Source of the DNA: an uncultured Clostridia bacterium | GTDB taxonomy: Bacteria; Bacillota; Clostridia; Christensenellales; UBA1242 | Reading direction: 5' to 3' | Length of the DNA: 64,000 bases | Assembly (NCBI GenBank): GCA_934754375.1 | Contig: CAKVHT010000001.1 | Location: forward strand, 152,532-216,531 | Shown: piece by piece, positions 47,601 through 55,461 of the stretch | Layout: every line of letters starts with the position of its first letter | How positions within the stretch are numbered: the first letter of the stretch is position 1 | Translations under genes and position numbers: made by a program | Notes under the pieces: generated by a model | What the model saw: the letters and a program-made list of their open reading frames with translations, nothing else | Told to the model about the DNA's origin: nothing | Databases searched by the model: none

Positions 47601-50600
47601 TGCAAACAACAAGTGGGGTAACAGGCATATCTTTGAGTAGCGAAAGTTTGATTTTATATCCAAACGATACAACACAAATAACCGCATATTTGTTAACAGA
47701 TAGAAAGATTGGCATAAATGAAGCAATCAATTTGATTGATTATATCCAATTGAATAGCACAACAATAACAAGTTCAAGCACAGGTGTGTTTGGCAAAATC
47801 AGTGATTATATCACAGTTTTGTCTTGCGCTGACCTAGTGGGCAATAGGCAGATTGTAAAATTCAATTTAACAATACCAGCGGATATCAAAAATCAATTAT
47901 TGAATAATGTAAGCAACACAATGATTGTAAATTTCAAAGCTGGTGCAGGGCTTGGCAATGGTGCTCAAGATAGTTTGCAATTAACATTGCTTAAACAACG
48001 TATTGATGAATTAGTTGTGCGCAACTATGTTTATGAACGCAATCAAGACGGAACATTTAATTATAATGTATATAGTTTGAACAACACTTTAAGACCAGTT
48101 GGCGAAGGGCTTATCACAATAGATATCGCCCCAATCAATGGTAATTATGATTATCTGGAAATCAGCGATTTAACCGGCAGTGAAGAGATTGTATTTATTC
48201 AAACCAGGGGCATTCATGGCACACGTATTTTGGATAATGTTGTGGCATCTGCCGATGGCAAGGGGATAAGACTAAAATCATCAGCAGGCGAAGGTAGAGT
48301 TTATGTTGCAACAATGATTGATACAAAATATACAAATCGTAAACACAATGTTCAGGTGCGTGCTTATGTTGATGGCACAATTATAAAATCAACTGATTTA
48401 GAAATTGATGTTAAGATGTTGCCTGAAGTTAATATATATTTGGTTAAAAATGACGGTAGTGTTGATAGAAACATGGTTGGCACTCAATATCTGGCACAGG
48501 GTACAACCGTTAAATTTAAGGTTGAAACACGCAATAGCGATGATGTTGAACCAACCCTTGAAATCACTGGCGCAACATACACAGATTTCACTTCACTTGG
48601 TGGCGGATATTATTCATTGTTGCTTGCTGAAAATTGTGCTGGCAATAAATTGAAAATCAGCGCAACAACACAACTTACACTTAACAATGGCGATATTGAA
48701 AAAAGCACAGAAAGCAGAACTTTTGATATCGAAAACTTTGTTATCAACAACGTAAGTGTGTCACACAGCACAACAAACAATGTCAATGGTGAATATATCA
48801 CAAAGATATATGGCAATTTGCGTTCAAATGTTCAGTTGGAATTTTATTTCAAAAACAACGATTTAACATTTGTTGCAAATGATTATGAATATTCTCTAGA
48901 TAATTATGCAGGCTATGCAACCGAGCAAAAACCGGCAGACAACACTGAGTCTGACAGCATTTATAACACAAAACATGCTATATATAACTTGCTTGCAGGT
49001 ATCAACAATACCAATGCTTTTGAAAAGTTGTCATTTGATATCTCTAATATAACAGAAGATCATGATTGTTATTCAATTGTAAAAACAGCAAACACTCAAA
49101 AAGTAGTGTTCACAAAAAACGGTAGTTCAACCGATGTGGCAATATTGTCTTGTGAAAATGATAATTTAAAAATAAAACTTAACCAAAGGCAAGATATTCA
49201 ACTTGTTTTGACAATGCCAGTAAAGGTTGAAAATCATAATTTTGTTTTAACAACTCAAGAAGAAGCAACAAAAACATTTAAATTTAATTATCAACTTGAT
49301 TTCATTGAAGAAAGTTCATTCCTTGAACCAGTTGCAGTGCGTTCAGCTGAAGATTTTGTAAACATGACAAGTGGTGGAGATTATATTCTTGCAAAAGATT
49401 TGGTTTTGGATGCATATTCTCCTATTGATGTGAATTTAAAGACATTCGATGGTAATGGTCATAAAATAATAATTAACAGTTTTGATTTGTTTAATGAGAC
49501 AACAATAAATGCGGGTTTGTTTAAGCAAATCTATGAAAATATGGTTGTAACAAACTTGATTGTTGAATATAACCTTGGCAGAGAAAACACAGGTTATCAT
49601 TATGATTTGTGCAATGACAGTGCAAATGTGGATTACACTCAAGCAGTGTTTGGAGGCATCACTGCAACAAATAATGGTATAATTTCAAATTGTAAGGTCA
49701 AAGGGCAAGCGACATTGTCCGCATCAAGTGTTGAACGGGCAATAAGTGATGATTCAATCGCATTCAATATGGCAGGTTTGGTTGGCACAAATGCAACCAC
49801 TGGCAGAATCACAAATTCAGCAAGTGAACTTAAAATGACAGCCAAAGCAAATATCGCTGGTGTGGTATGCACAAACCAAGGCAAGATTGCATCAACATAC
49901 TTTGATGCTAATAAAGATAAAGGCAAAATTTATGCGTATAACAACAACATAACAGTGCCTTATTCAATCCAAGTTGCTGGTTTTGCTTTAACAAACGAAG
50001 CAAATGCGGAGATTTCTATGTGCTATGTTGAGGCTGAAACACATGAAAAATCTGGCAACACAATTGGCAATATTTCAGCAAAAGACTATTCATCAGGCTT
50101 TGTATTTGCAAATGCAGGCAGTGTGTATGATTGCTATGCTGATATTGAGTTGATTGGTGAATCAAGCCACAACCACATTGCAGGCTTTGTTTATGAAAAC
50201 ACTGGCAGTGTAAAAAATAGTTATTCATATATCAATAAAGGTAGAAAAACAAACCTTATCAGCATGTTTACACTTGAAAACACATTAGGTATAACCGATT
50301 GTTATGAAATCAAACAAGATGTTGCAGGATATAAAAATAATGTAGAAGGTTTAACAACAATAAGTGTGCTAAATCGTCTGGAAAAAGATAGTTATCCAAC
50401 ATTAATGTTTGGGGACAACTCGTCAGCAGTGTGGACAAAAACATCATCATCAATGCCAAAACTTGTAGCGACAAAAGAGGTTGTTGAATTTACAGGCAAT
50501 GCGTTGCCAGATGCGGATAAAAACACAGAATATCCAGCATATTATTATGGCTTAAAAGATTTGCAACTTGTAAAAACAGAAATCAAAAACGAGAATGGTG

Positions 50601-52573
50601 TTGTTGTCAATGTTGAATATAAGTATAAAATACTTGCAAATAATTATGGGGACATTCAAAATCCAATTTTGATTTATGATTTGGCAACATGGAACTATTA
50701 TTTGGGGCAAACAGATGAAACAAATTCATATTACAACAACACAAAATATTATTTCCGTGTTATAAATGACATTGATTTCAGTTCTGTTTATAACAATCCA
50801 ACCACAAGCACAGTTGAATTTAACGGCAACTTGCAAGGTAACAATATGGATATTGTTGGATTTAGAATATATTCATCTCAAAATCTTGACAGCATTGGCT
50901 TGTTTGCAAGTTTCAAATCACTCAACAACAAATCGATGTTAAGTGCTGTTAGAAACCTTGATCTAGCACCAATCAGTGTAAGCGCAACAAGAACTCGAGC
51001 CGTTGGTGTGCTTGCTGGTATCAGTGAAAATTATAATTTGTATAATTTGGATATTGAAGCATCAGGTGTAACAGTTGTTGGTGGCAATGCTGTTGGTGGT
51101 GTGGCAGGTTTTGTGCGTGGCAAATTTGATATAGACGGTGCAACATCAAATGTTGGTGTATATTCAAGCCGTTCACAACAGGAAAATAAATATAGCATTT
51201 ACACATCAAATTATGTTGCAGGCAATTATGTTTCAAGCAATATTGATGCTGTGTATTACGCAGGTTCAGTGTTTGGTATTTTAGATTCAGTAAACAATGG
51301 GTCAAAAACAAATTTAAACATCAATAATGATAGCAACTTGTATCATGCAAGACATTTGTTCACAACTGGCAGTTTAACATTGGCAGGGGATACTGTTGGT
51401 GGTGTGGTTGGTTTGGTTAATAAAAATATCAAACTCAATTACGTATCAGCAAACATCGATCAAGGCAATTTTGCAGGATATCAATATTCCGCAGGTTTGG
51501 TTGGCGAAAATCGTGGTATAATCACAAACGCAACAGCAACAATTTCAGGTGAAGATAGCTTTAAAAATTCAACTTATGTGTCATCAGGTTTGGTTGGCTT
51601 TAATTTGAATGGATATATAAATTCTTCATCAGTAACAGCTGAAATCAACAAAACAAATCAATCAGTTGTTGCAGGTATTGTTGGTAGGAACTTGCAAGGC
51701 TTTGTGTCAGATGTTGCAGTATCTGGCAACTTGAATGGATACTATGTTGGTGGCATCGTTGGTGCGGACTATACTGTTAGCTTGTTTAATGAAAAGACAA
51801 TTGCAGGCGGTGGCGGAGCAATAAAAATGCAAGCAGAAGATTTGTCAAATCTTGCTTCCACATCTTACTTTGGCACACAAGCAAACAAACCATTTGCGAA
51901 TTTGGCAATTGCAAAAGAAAGTGTTGACAACTGGATAAATAATTTAACAAATTATTATTCATGTGTTCAAGGCAGTGAAAATCAAGCATCAATGCTTAAC
52001 AAAAAAGTTTTGGGCTTGGCAATTGGTTTAACAAACAAAACAAATTATCAATTTAATTACGGCTATGATAGCAAAAACAAGCAATTTGTGATAAATTCAG
52101 GATTTGATATTGATGGTGTGGGTTATATCACTGAAAATAACGCATCAACCAGTCAAACCTACAACTATGGATTTATTAACATAATCAATTCGGTTGATTT
52201 GCCAGACGGCTATGATTCAAGTTTTGCAATTTTATATGTTGTTGGGGCAAAGGTTGCAACATTTGATTTCTGGCTTACAAAAGACGGATATACAACTGAA
52301 TGCTTTGCAATCACAAAATCGGCAACAATGCTCACCACAACACCAAGTTGTGTGTATTATATTCGAAAAGTTTCAGGGTCAAGTCAAGAAAATTATGGTG
52401 ACATTCTTAACATGAAATCAAGTGATGTCTATAAAATTATCACATCAAGCAATCAAGATTTGTCATTTGCTGGTGTCAACTTGAATGATTTGTTTGATGA
52501 AGAAGTTGAATATGAATTTAAATATGATAAGACAACAAAACTTTTATCATTTGCGGTTAAGCAAAATCCATAA
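41666..52573 (+). CDS. Giant (3635 aa) surface lipoprotein/adhesin with GLUG-motif repeat blocks and Ig-like regions
   Basis: Signal peptide ending FFSSC. Repeated GG(L/I)(V/I)G.N.G.I motifs occur at about nt 45480-46520, 49600-50250 and 50950-51800. There is a single uninterrupted ORF with SD tagggga. Confidence 0.8.
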   Translation: MKKSGRIICLVLALFMCVFFSSCKVKYDNLKMSFYSATGKAIDSVRLLIDENNTDNNLNQTRIAVQFDGIKAKYIGDVLLYSLPSDLINISNCNLEDNKYFATISTNGESGSGKIYAKHLTTGKTKTLNLLVDKKTNQLTNLIDEYVVSIPDSEQDFYFDPTVLISQNGTDKVAFKIATGSSLPTGATALTTDLNETPVVNGLHLTSSVAHGTSVYVYPVSYMDGYDEIDEYADARIKISFAKALNNNTFVLDTDDLHKQDGVLNLNQPFHLIAKDTNQATGGNYQFNNINFDLMYVDGANQAQNLMGETTFAYLQKYYNVNWAIPEEFKNLIEVFYNEHGQIVIEAKDYSNSIANIQISLEPKVCGNLTSVSKTVQIKCDIKPTEYEIYVQGNLQQNTGTKNNYNIDLYDYYRATDSVYGANFTFKPVLEYSYSDLKNIKIKLNPAVLDVKTDAEGLNPTGVNILHGYETLTSFANNKYLLQFYLDGKPIEFELDDDGFAVSAGIIYQDNLKRVQIKYTEISNNDDSEPLSCIITNYYSGEFEYLKSITPTQANIQFNHKEGIKELTVYAGTLTKGEGATEDSVATIIDAAERNVQVENVYLNRIDAKNNVIYATNIRGDKNKLISKANIVVKVTGGQDNPVKLLQNKANDDGTQASTEINYDYSDSVGVPFNSIILKTDANTDVGYYQIDFIYADEVIYSISCLVYERLETGDIGISVEGDNELISNKKDGDYIYSTYKAEYIVKANKNNSVTVKINLPKQFTSDYIAGYNFELNVVDETNQNVAQATEYTAQVLANNTAEITFLTGSIVSNKIAYIQVKMTVQMQEFINILTKGDVAISEAKYVNFFVFEEITKKDVKLNKTNINGYWDSLLSPYYKQDNDDKSKANLQVELSNSYLWNYVQPQIQDVDSTKIGSNLVQLSADAMYNENQTYYLADGTEIAPATENHNPTYFEENKTKLHILSSNVLWYTDVDYILSTEQQSQNGIVLKFEGVTGSASVDVYAQIKQFNLPEITLKCHIEISSPIITDKLYVTSETKQITGLNGKRVVSLKAGQEYEMTVDYYSNEFETLPSHERVITNPGFVMLVVDKAGNIHDSVVSVDGNKLRVKDDFTLTTDLHIILFARDALKVKLQDISGYTDENLSSYLMDDHSTAYTTIDLIVSNGSRQNPYSIFDEQDFTQIYQDGLAKTKYYRLMNNIYLSAVEPIDNFSGGIDTYNNSTFYTIYGVKLNNNLPNLFTNFSGTMQNINFDVKYGYKDPTATNLGVFGVVQDEATLTNVTANAYGTNITLTGRESAYINFGGLVGLNKGKIEYTSQSRIGATSDVDMVANYAYFGGLVGSNQGLIKGVTNSSTGTGEIIFSSYIENQGAVANVNISALGFEYGAVGGLVGLNQGNVKNAYVSGKILQKQSNEQNLNNVGGLVGKNLFVANNVEVSLDGTNVVALNFANELNVDTAVISNVKSSVQIDANNNIGGITAVDENGIYTNCKYQILAGSSFGLTGHDNVGGIIGNAKDSMLANCSVYSYRWDYSNINSMILTGTEKADITANNSVGGLIGFADSSASSVEQGNHNIVAIKNSSVNGYLVGTQANAIIGSNNNISTILDSYYLGNISSTNQAVNYAQNANTNFVFIFSTNVKNYFAEISTGSATINEVKDEVDLSKTVGYKVENREGWNFNKTINGSSSYIEFESKPIFDVAPTSIDLELKAESQAIYGVKNSAGDYVKGLIHLELFDYNLDSNSEDYNKNYQLQTERNTYSILDIFNIIAEPKNLLSEVRLTAKSSNSSIVLISNGYLIVREAGQATVTFSSVLNSAVRTSVIINVGKPIGDSISLYLSRDNLTINGASTEPATLKTVALTKEEALLFNFLSSGVDTNNGFNYVTNEQTYLLVNVEVVSGTLPSGKTINDYFKISGKALTLDQLDGEDNPIKGQTTISYSTPFSIKAIDKIEDVLFKFTITPYIDISGYQKFSNKFITFNVQTTSGVTGISLSSESLILYPNDTTQITAYLLTDRKIGINEAINLIDYIQLNSTTITSSSTGVFGKISDYITVLSCADLVGNRQIVKFNLTIPADIKNQLLNNVSNTMIVNFKAGAGLGNGAQDSLQLTLLKQRIDELVVRNYVYERNQDGTFNYNVYSLNNTLRPVGEGLITIDIAPINGNYDYLEISDLTGSEEIVFIQTRGIHGTRILDNVVASADGKGIRLKSSAGEGRVYVATMIDTKYTNRKHNVQVRAYVDGTIIKSTDLEIDVKMLPEVNIYLVKNDGSVDRNMVGTQYLAQGTTVKFKVETRNSDDVEPTLEITGATYTDFTSLGGGYYSLLLAENCAGNKLKISATTQLTLNNGDIEKSTESRTFDIENFVINNVSVSHSTTNNVNGEYITKIYGNLRSNVQLEFYFKNNDLTFVANDYEYSLDNYAGYATEQKPADNTESDSIYNTKHAIYNLLAGINNTNAFEKLSFDISNITEDHDCYSIVKTANTQKVVFTKNGSSTDVAILSCENDNLKIKLNQRQDIQLVLTMPVKVENHNFVLTTQEEATKTFKFNYQLDFIEESSFLEPVAVRSAEDFVNMTSGGDYILAKDLVLDAYSPIDVNLKTFDGNGHKIIINSFDLFNETTINAGLFKQIYENMVVTNLIVEYNLGRENTGYHYDLCNDSANVDYTQAVFGGITATNNGIISNCKVKGQATLSASSVERAISDDSIAFNMAGLVGTNATTGRITNSASELKMTAKANIAGVVCTNQGKIASTYFDANKDKGKIYAYNNNITVPYSIQVAGFALTNEANAEISMCYVEAETHEKSGNTIGNISAKDYSSGFVFANAGSVYDCYADIELIGESSHNHIAGFVYENTGSVKNSYSYINKGRKTNLISMFTLENTLGITDCYEIKQDVAGYKNNVEGLTTISVLNRLEKDSYPTLMFGDNSSAVWTKTSSSMPKLVATKEVVEFTGNALPDADKNTEYPAYYYGLKDLQLVKTEIKNENGVVVNVEYKYKILANNYGDIQNPILIYDLATWNYYLGQTDETNSYYNNTKYYFRVINDIDFSSVYNNPTTSTVEFNGNLQGNNMDIVGFRIYSSQNLDSIGLFASFKSLNNKSMLSAVRNLDLAPISVSATRTRAVGVLAGISENYNLYNLDIEASGVTVVGGNAVGGVAGFVRGKFDIDGATSNVGVYSSRSQQENKYSIYTSNYVAGNYVSSNIDAVYYAGSVFGILDSVNNGSKTNLNINNDSNLYHARHLFTTGSLTLAGDTVGGVVGLVNKNIKLNYVSANIDQGNFAGYQYSAGLVGENRGIITNATATISGEDSFKNSTYVSSGLVGFNLNGYINSSSVTAEINKTNQSVVAGIVGRNLQGFVSDVAVSGNLNGYYVGGIVGADYTVSLFNEKTIAGGGGAIKMQAEDLSNLASTSYFGTQANKPFANLAIAKESVDNWINNLTNYYSCVQGSENQASMLNKKVLGLAIGLTNKTNYQFNYGYDSKNKQFVINSGFDIDGVGYITENNASTSQTYNYGFINIINSVDLPDGYDSSFAILYVVGAKVATFDFWLTKDGYTTECFAITKSATMLTTTPSCVYYIRKVSGSSQENYGDILNMKSSDVYKIITSSNQDLSFAGVNLNDLFDEEVEYEFKYDKTTKLLSFAVKQNP

Positions 52574-52579
52574 TGCAAA

Positions 52580-52607
52580 TTGACAAAGCTGATTTTTATG
52601 ATATAAT
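52580..52607 (+). promoter_or_regulatory. Promoter TTGACA-16-TGaTATAAT, 6 nt from the queH ATG (leaderless geometry)
   Basis: TTGACA at 52580-52585 and TATAAT at 52602-52607. The gap aaaagc precedes ATG 52614. No SD. Confidence 0.55.
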
Positions 52608-52613
52608 AAAAGC

Positions 52614-53198
52614 ATGAAGATTGATTACAACAAATTAATGCATCGAGAAATAAGTAGTTTTGGTTCAGAAAAGCCAAAACTACTTTTGCATTGTTGTTGT
52701 GCGCCATGCTCATCGGCTGTGATTGAAAAACTTAAAAATTATTTTGATATAACCTATTTCTTTTATAATCCAAACATATTTCCGCAAGAAGAGTTTGAAA
52801 AACGCAAGCATGAGTTTGAAAAACTTGGTGTAAACGTTATTGACATTGGTTACAATCATCAAACCTTTGTTGACATAACAAAAGGTTATGAGCAAGAAAA
52901 GGAAGGCGGTTCAAGATGTAGGATTTGCATTGCTGAACGCATGGATAAGGCCTTTAAATATGGTGTAGAAAACAATTTTGATATCGTTACAACAACTTTA
53001 TCAATCAGTCCTCATAAAGATGCTGAATTTATCAACATGATTGGCGAATACAATCAAAAGAAGTATGGTGTCAAATATTTGCATGCAGACTTTAAAAAAG
53101 AAAATGGATACCTTCGTTCCACTCAAATCTGCAAAGAGAAAGACATATATAGGCAAGATTATTGCGGTTGTGAATTTTCGATTTATAAAAAAGAATAA
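52614..53198 (+). CDS. queH: Epoxyqueuosine reductase QueH (DUF208)
   Basis: LLHCCCAPCSS and FFYNPNIFP motifs, with a C-terminal YRQDYCGC. Confidence 0.85.
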   Translation: MKIDYNKLMHREISSFGSEKPKLLLHCCCAPCSSAVIEKLKNYFDITYFFYNPNIFPQEEFEKRKHEFEKLGVNVIDIGYNHQTFVDITKGYEQEKEGGSRCRICIAERMDKAFKYGVENNFDIVTTTLSISPHKDAEFINMIGEYNQKKYGVKYLHADFKKENGYLRSTQICKEKDIYRQDYCGCEFSIYKKE

Positions 53199-53257
53199 CA
53201 CACAGATGTGTGTTTTTTCTTTTTAACAATATAAAAATTCAACTCATATAAAAATTT

Positions 53258-54277
53258 ATGTTCAATAAGTTTTTTATAAACAAATCAAATCTGATTGAAA
53301 ATATTAACAATATCAAAGCGCAAAAACCGAATGTCAAGATTTGTGCAATGGTAAAGGCAAATGCTTATGGTGTTGGTGCAAAAGAAGTTGTTGAAATACT
53401 GAACGATTATGTAGATTTCTTTGGTGTGGTAAATTCCACAGAAGCGGAAAATATCAAAAACCTAACAAATAAAAAGATTTTGATAACTGGCGGACTTGAT
53501 ACAAGCCATATTGACAGCAAATTTTCTTACACTTGCAACAGCCTTGAAGATGTTATGGCACTGAAACGACTAGACAAACCTTTAAATATACACATAAAAA
53601 TCAACACAGGTATGAATCGTTACGGCATATCAAAAATCAATGAGTTTAAAACTTGTTTAAACGAATTGAAAAACAGCAAATTGAACCTGGAAGGTGTTTA
53701 CACCCATTTTGCGACAACAGATAGTTTTGTTGAAAAACAATTGTTAAAGTTTAACAAATTTATATCAGTTTTAAAGAAAAAAGGGCTTTCGCCAATTATT
53801 CATGCAGATAACAGTCATGTTTTTGACACAAGACATCACAATTTTGACATGGCACGCATTGGTTTTAACCTTTATAATAATTGCACAAATGGGTATAAAC
53901 CTGTGGTTACAATAAAAACAACAATTACACAAGTTAACAGAGTTAAATCTGGAGATGTGGTTGGGTACGACCGCCGTTTTGTTTCAAACAGACCTATGAA
54001 AATTGCAATTTTACCAATCGGTTATGCTGATGGTTTTGATTTGGATTATATTGGTTTAAAATTAAACATAGCAGGCACAAAGTGTTCAGTATTAAATGTT
54101 TGCATGGATTGTTTTATGTTGGATATAACAGGTGCAAAATTAAAAAAAGGAGACACTGTTTATATATTAAACAGTGTCAACCCTTTAAGTCTTTATGCAA
54201 AATATGCAAATACAAGTGAATACCCTGTTATGTGCAGATTTGGAGCAATGAGGGCAGATAAAGAAGTTGTATTATAA
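53258..54277 (+). CDS. alr: Alanine racemase
   Basis: AMVKANAYGVG carries the PLP lysine motif. 339 aa (short form). Confidence 0.8.
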   Translation: MFNKFFINKSNLIENINNIKAQKPNVKICAMVKANAYGVGAKEVVEILNDYVDFFGVVNSTEAENIKNLTNKKILITGGLDTSHIDSKFSYTCNSLEDVMALKRLDKPLNIHIKINTGMNRYGISKINEFKTCLNELKNSKLNLEGVYTHFATTDSFVEKQLLKFNKFISVLKKKGLSPIIHADNSHVFDTRHHNFDMARIGFNLYNNCTNGYKPVVTIKTTITQVNRVKSGDVVGYDRRFVSNRPMKIAILPIGYADGFDLDYIGLKLNIAGTKCSVLNVCMDCFMLDITGAKLKKGDTVYILNSVNPLSLYAKYANTSEYPVMCRFGAMRADKEVVL

Positions 54278-54280
54278 TCA

Positions 54281-55003
54281 TTAATCCTTGTTTCCACGCA
54301 TTGTAAACACAAACAACAAAAGCCTTATCAACGACAATACAGAGGTTATAAGTGCTGCAACGTAAGTCCAAGCGGCTGCGTTTAGCACTTTTTTTATGCC
54401 TTGTGCTTCTTCTGGATCCATTTCGCCAGTTGAAACAAGCATGTTATAAGCACGTTTGCTTGCATTGAGTTCTACTGGCAATGTTACAAGACAAAACAAA
54501 ATGTTAAGGCTATATAAAATAATCCCAGCCAAGATAAGCCATTTTGCGTTTGTAAGGTAGAAGCCAGCTTCCAAAATCAAGCCAACGATGATAAGTGGCC
54601 AAACCAAAAAGCCAGAAATATTCACAACAGGTACAAGTGCCTTTCTAATTTTCACAGGGGCATAGTTGCTTTTATATTGAAAAACATGACCAATTTCATG
54701 TGCAGTAACACCAATCGCTGCAACTGTGCTGTTGTCATAAACATCATCAGATAAAGAGATTGTGTCTTTTGTTGGGTCGTAATTATCTGTCAAACTTCCA
54801 TTTACTCTTCCAATTTTGGTGTCTATGCAACCACCGCCATCAAGCATGTAACGTGCAACAACGTTTGCAGGTTTGCCATGTTTTGTTTGAATTTTGTTGT
54901 ATTCATTAAATGTGGTTTGAACTTTAATTTGTGCCCATAGACCAAGAGCAATGCCTGGTATAAGAACAATGCCCAAAACGTAATATATCCAATATGCGTA
55001 CAT
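54281..55003 (-). CDS. Membrane zinc metallopeptidase (Zn_peptidase_2 / YpfJ-like family)
   Basis: HEIGHVFQ zinc motif between TM segments. 240 aa. Confidence 0.75.
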   Translation of the reverse strand: MYAYWIYYVLGIVLIPGIALGLWAQIKVQTTFNEYNKIQTKHGKPANVVARYMLDGGGCIDTKIGRVNGSLTDNYDPTKDTISLSDDVYDNSTVAAIGVTAHEIGHVFQYKSNYAPVKIRKALVPVVNISGFLVWPLIIVGLILEAGFYLTNAKWLILAGIILYSLNILFCLVTLPVELNASKRAYNMLVSTGEMDPEEAQGIKKVLNAAAWTYVAALITSVLSLIRLLLFVFTMRGNKD

Positions 55004-55461
55004 TTATATTTTCCTTTTAATCATACTTAACATCAAACCATATTTAAAGCATTGGCGGAATAAATAGGTTTATGTTTAAGTTAAAACATTATACAAACAT
55101 TTTAAAAATTTTACAATTAAATTAATAAACATTTTTATTCAGCCCTACACAAGGGCAATTTCAACAACTGAATTTATTAGTTTCTTTATAAATTAATATA
55201 TATAAATAGGAATTATTAAATAATATTTTATATCCACATTTAATTTAAGCACAAATAATTATTATTCATAAATACACCTATCAAAATCAGCAAAAATGCC
55301 TAAATATAGTATTTTAAGGGCATTTTTTAGTGTTAAAATTAATTATCAAAAAAATCAAAAAAAATAAAAAAAATATCTTAAAATATTAGTAATTAGTGAA
55401 TGATTGTGTTATAATACAATTAGCAAATAAAATTAATTTTAAATTAATTAAAGGGGTTTTT

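Noticed and set aside
55291-55328. Orphan hairpin plus T-run in the 458-bp spacer upstream of the AT-hook gene (possible sRNA terminator)
   Set aside because: The stem is only ~5 bp (atgcc/ggcat) with an 18-nt loop. I could not define a convincing upstream promoter, so this is too weak to call.
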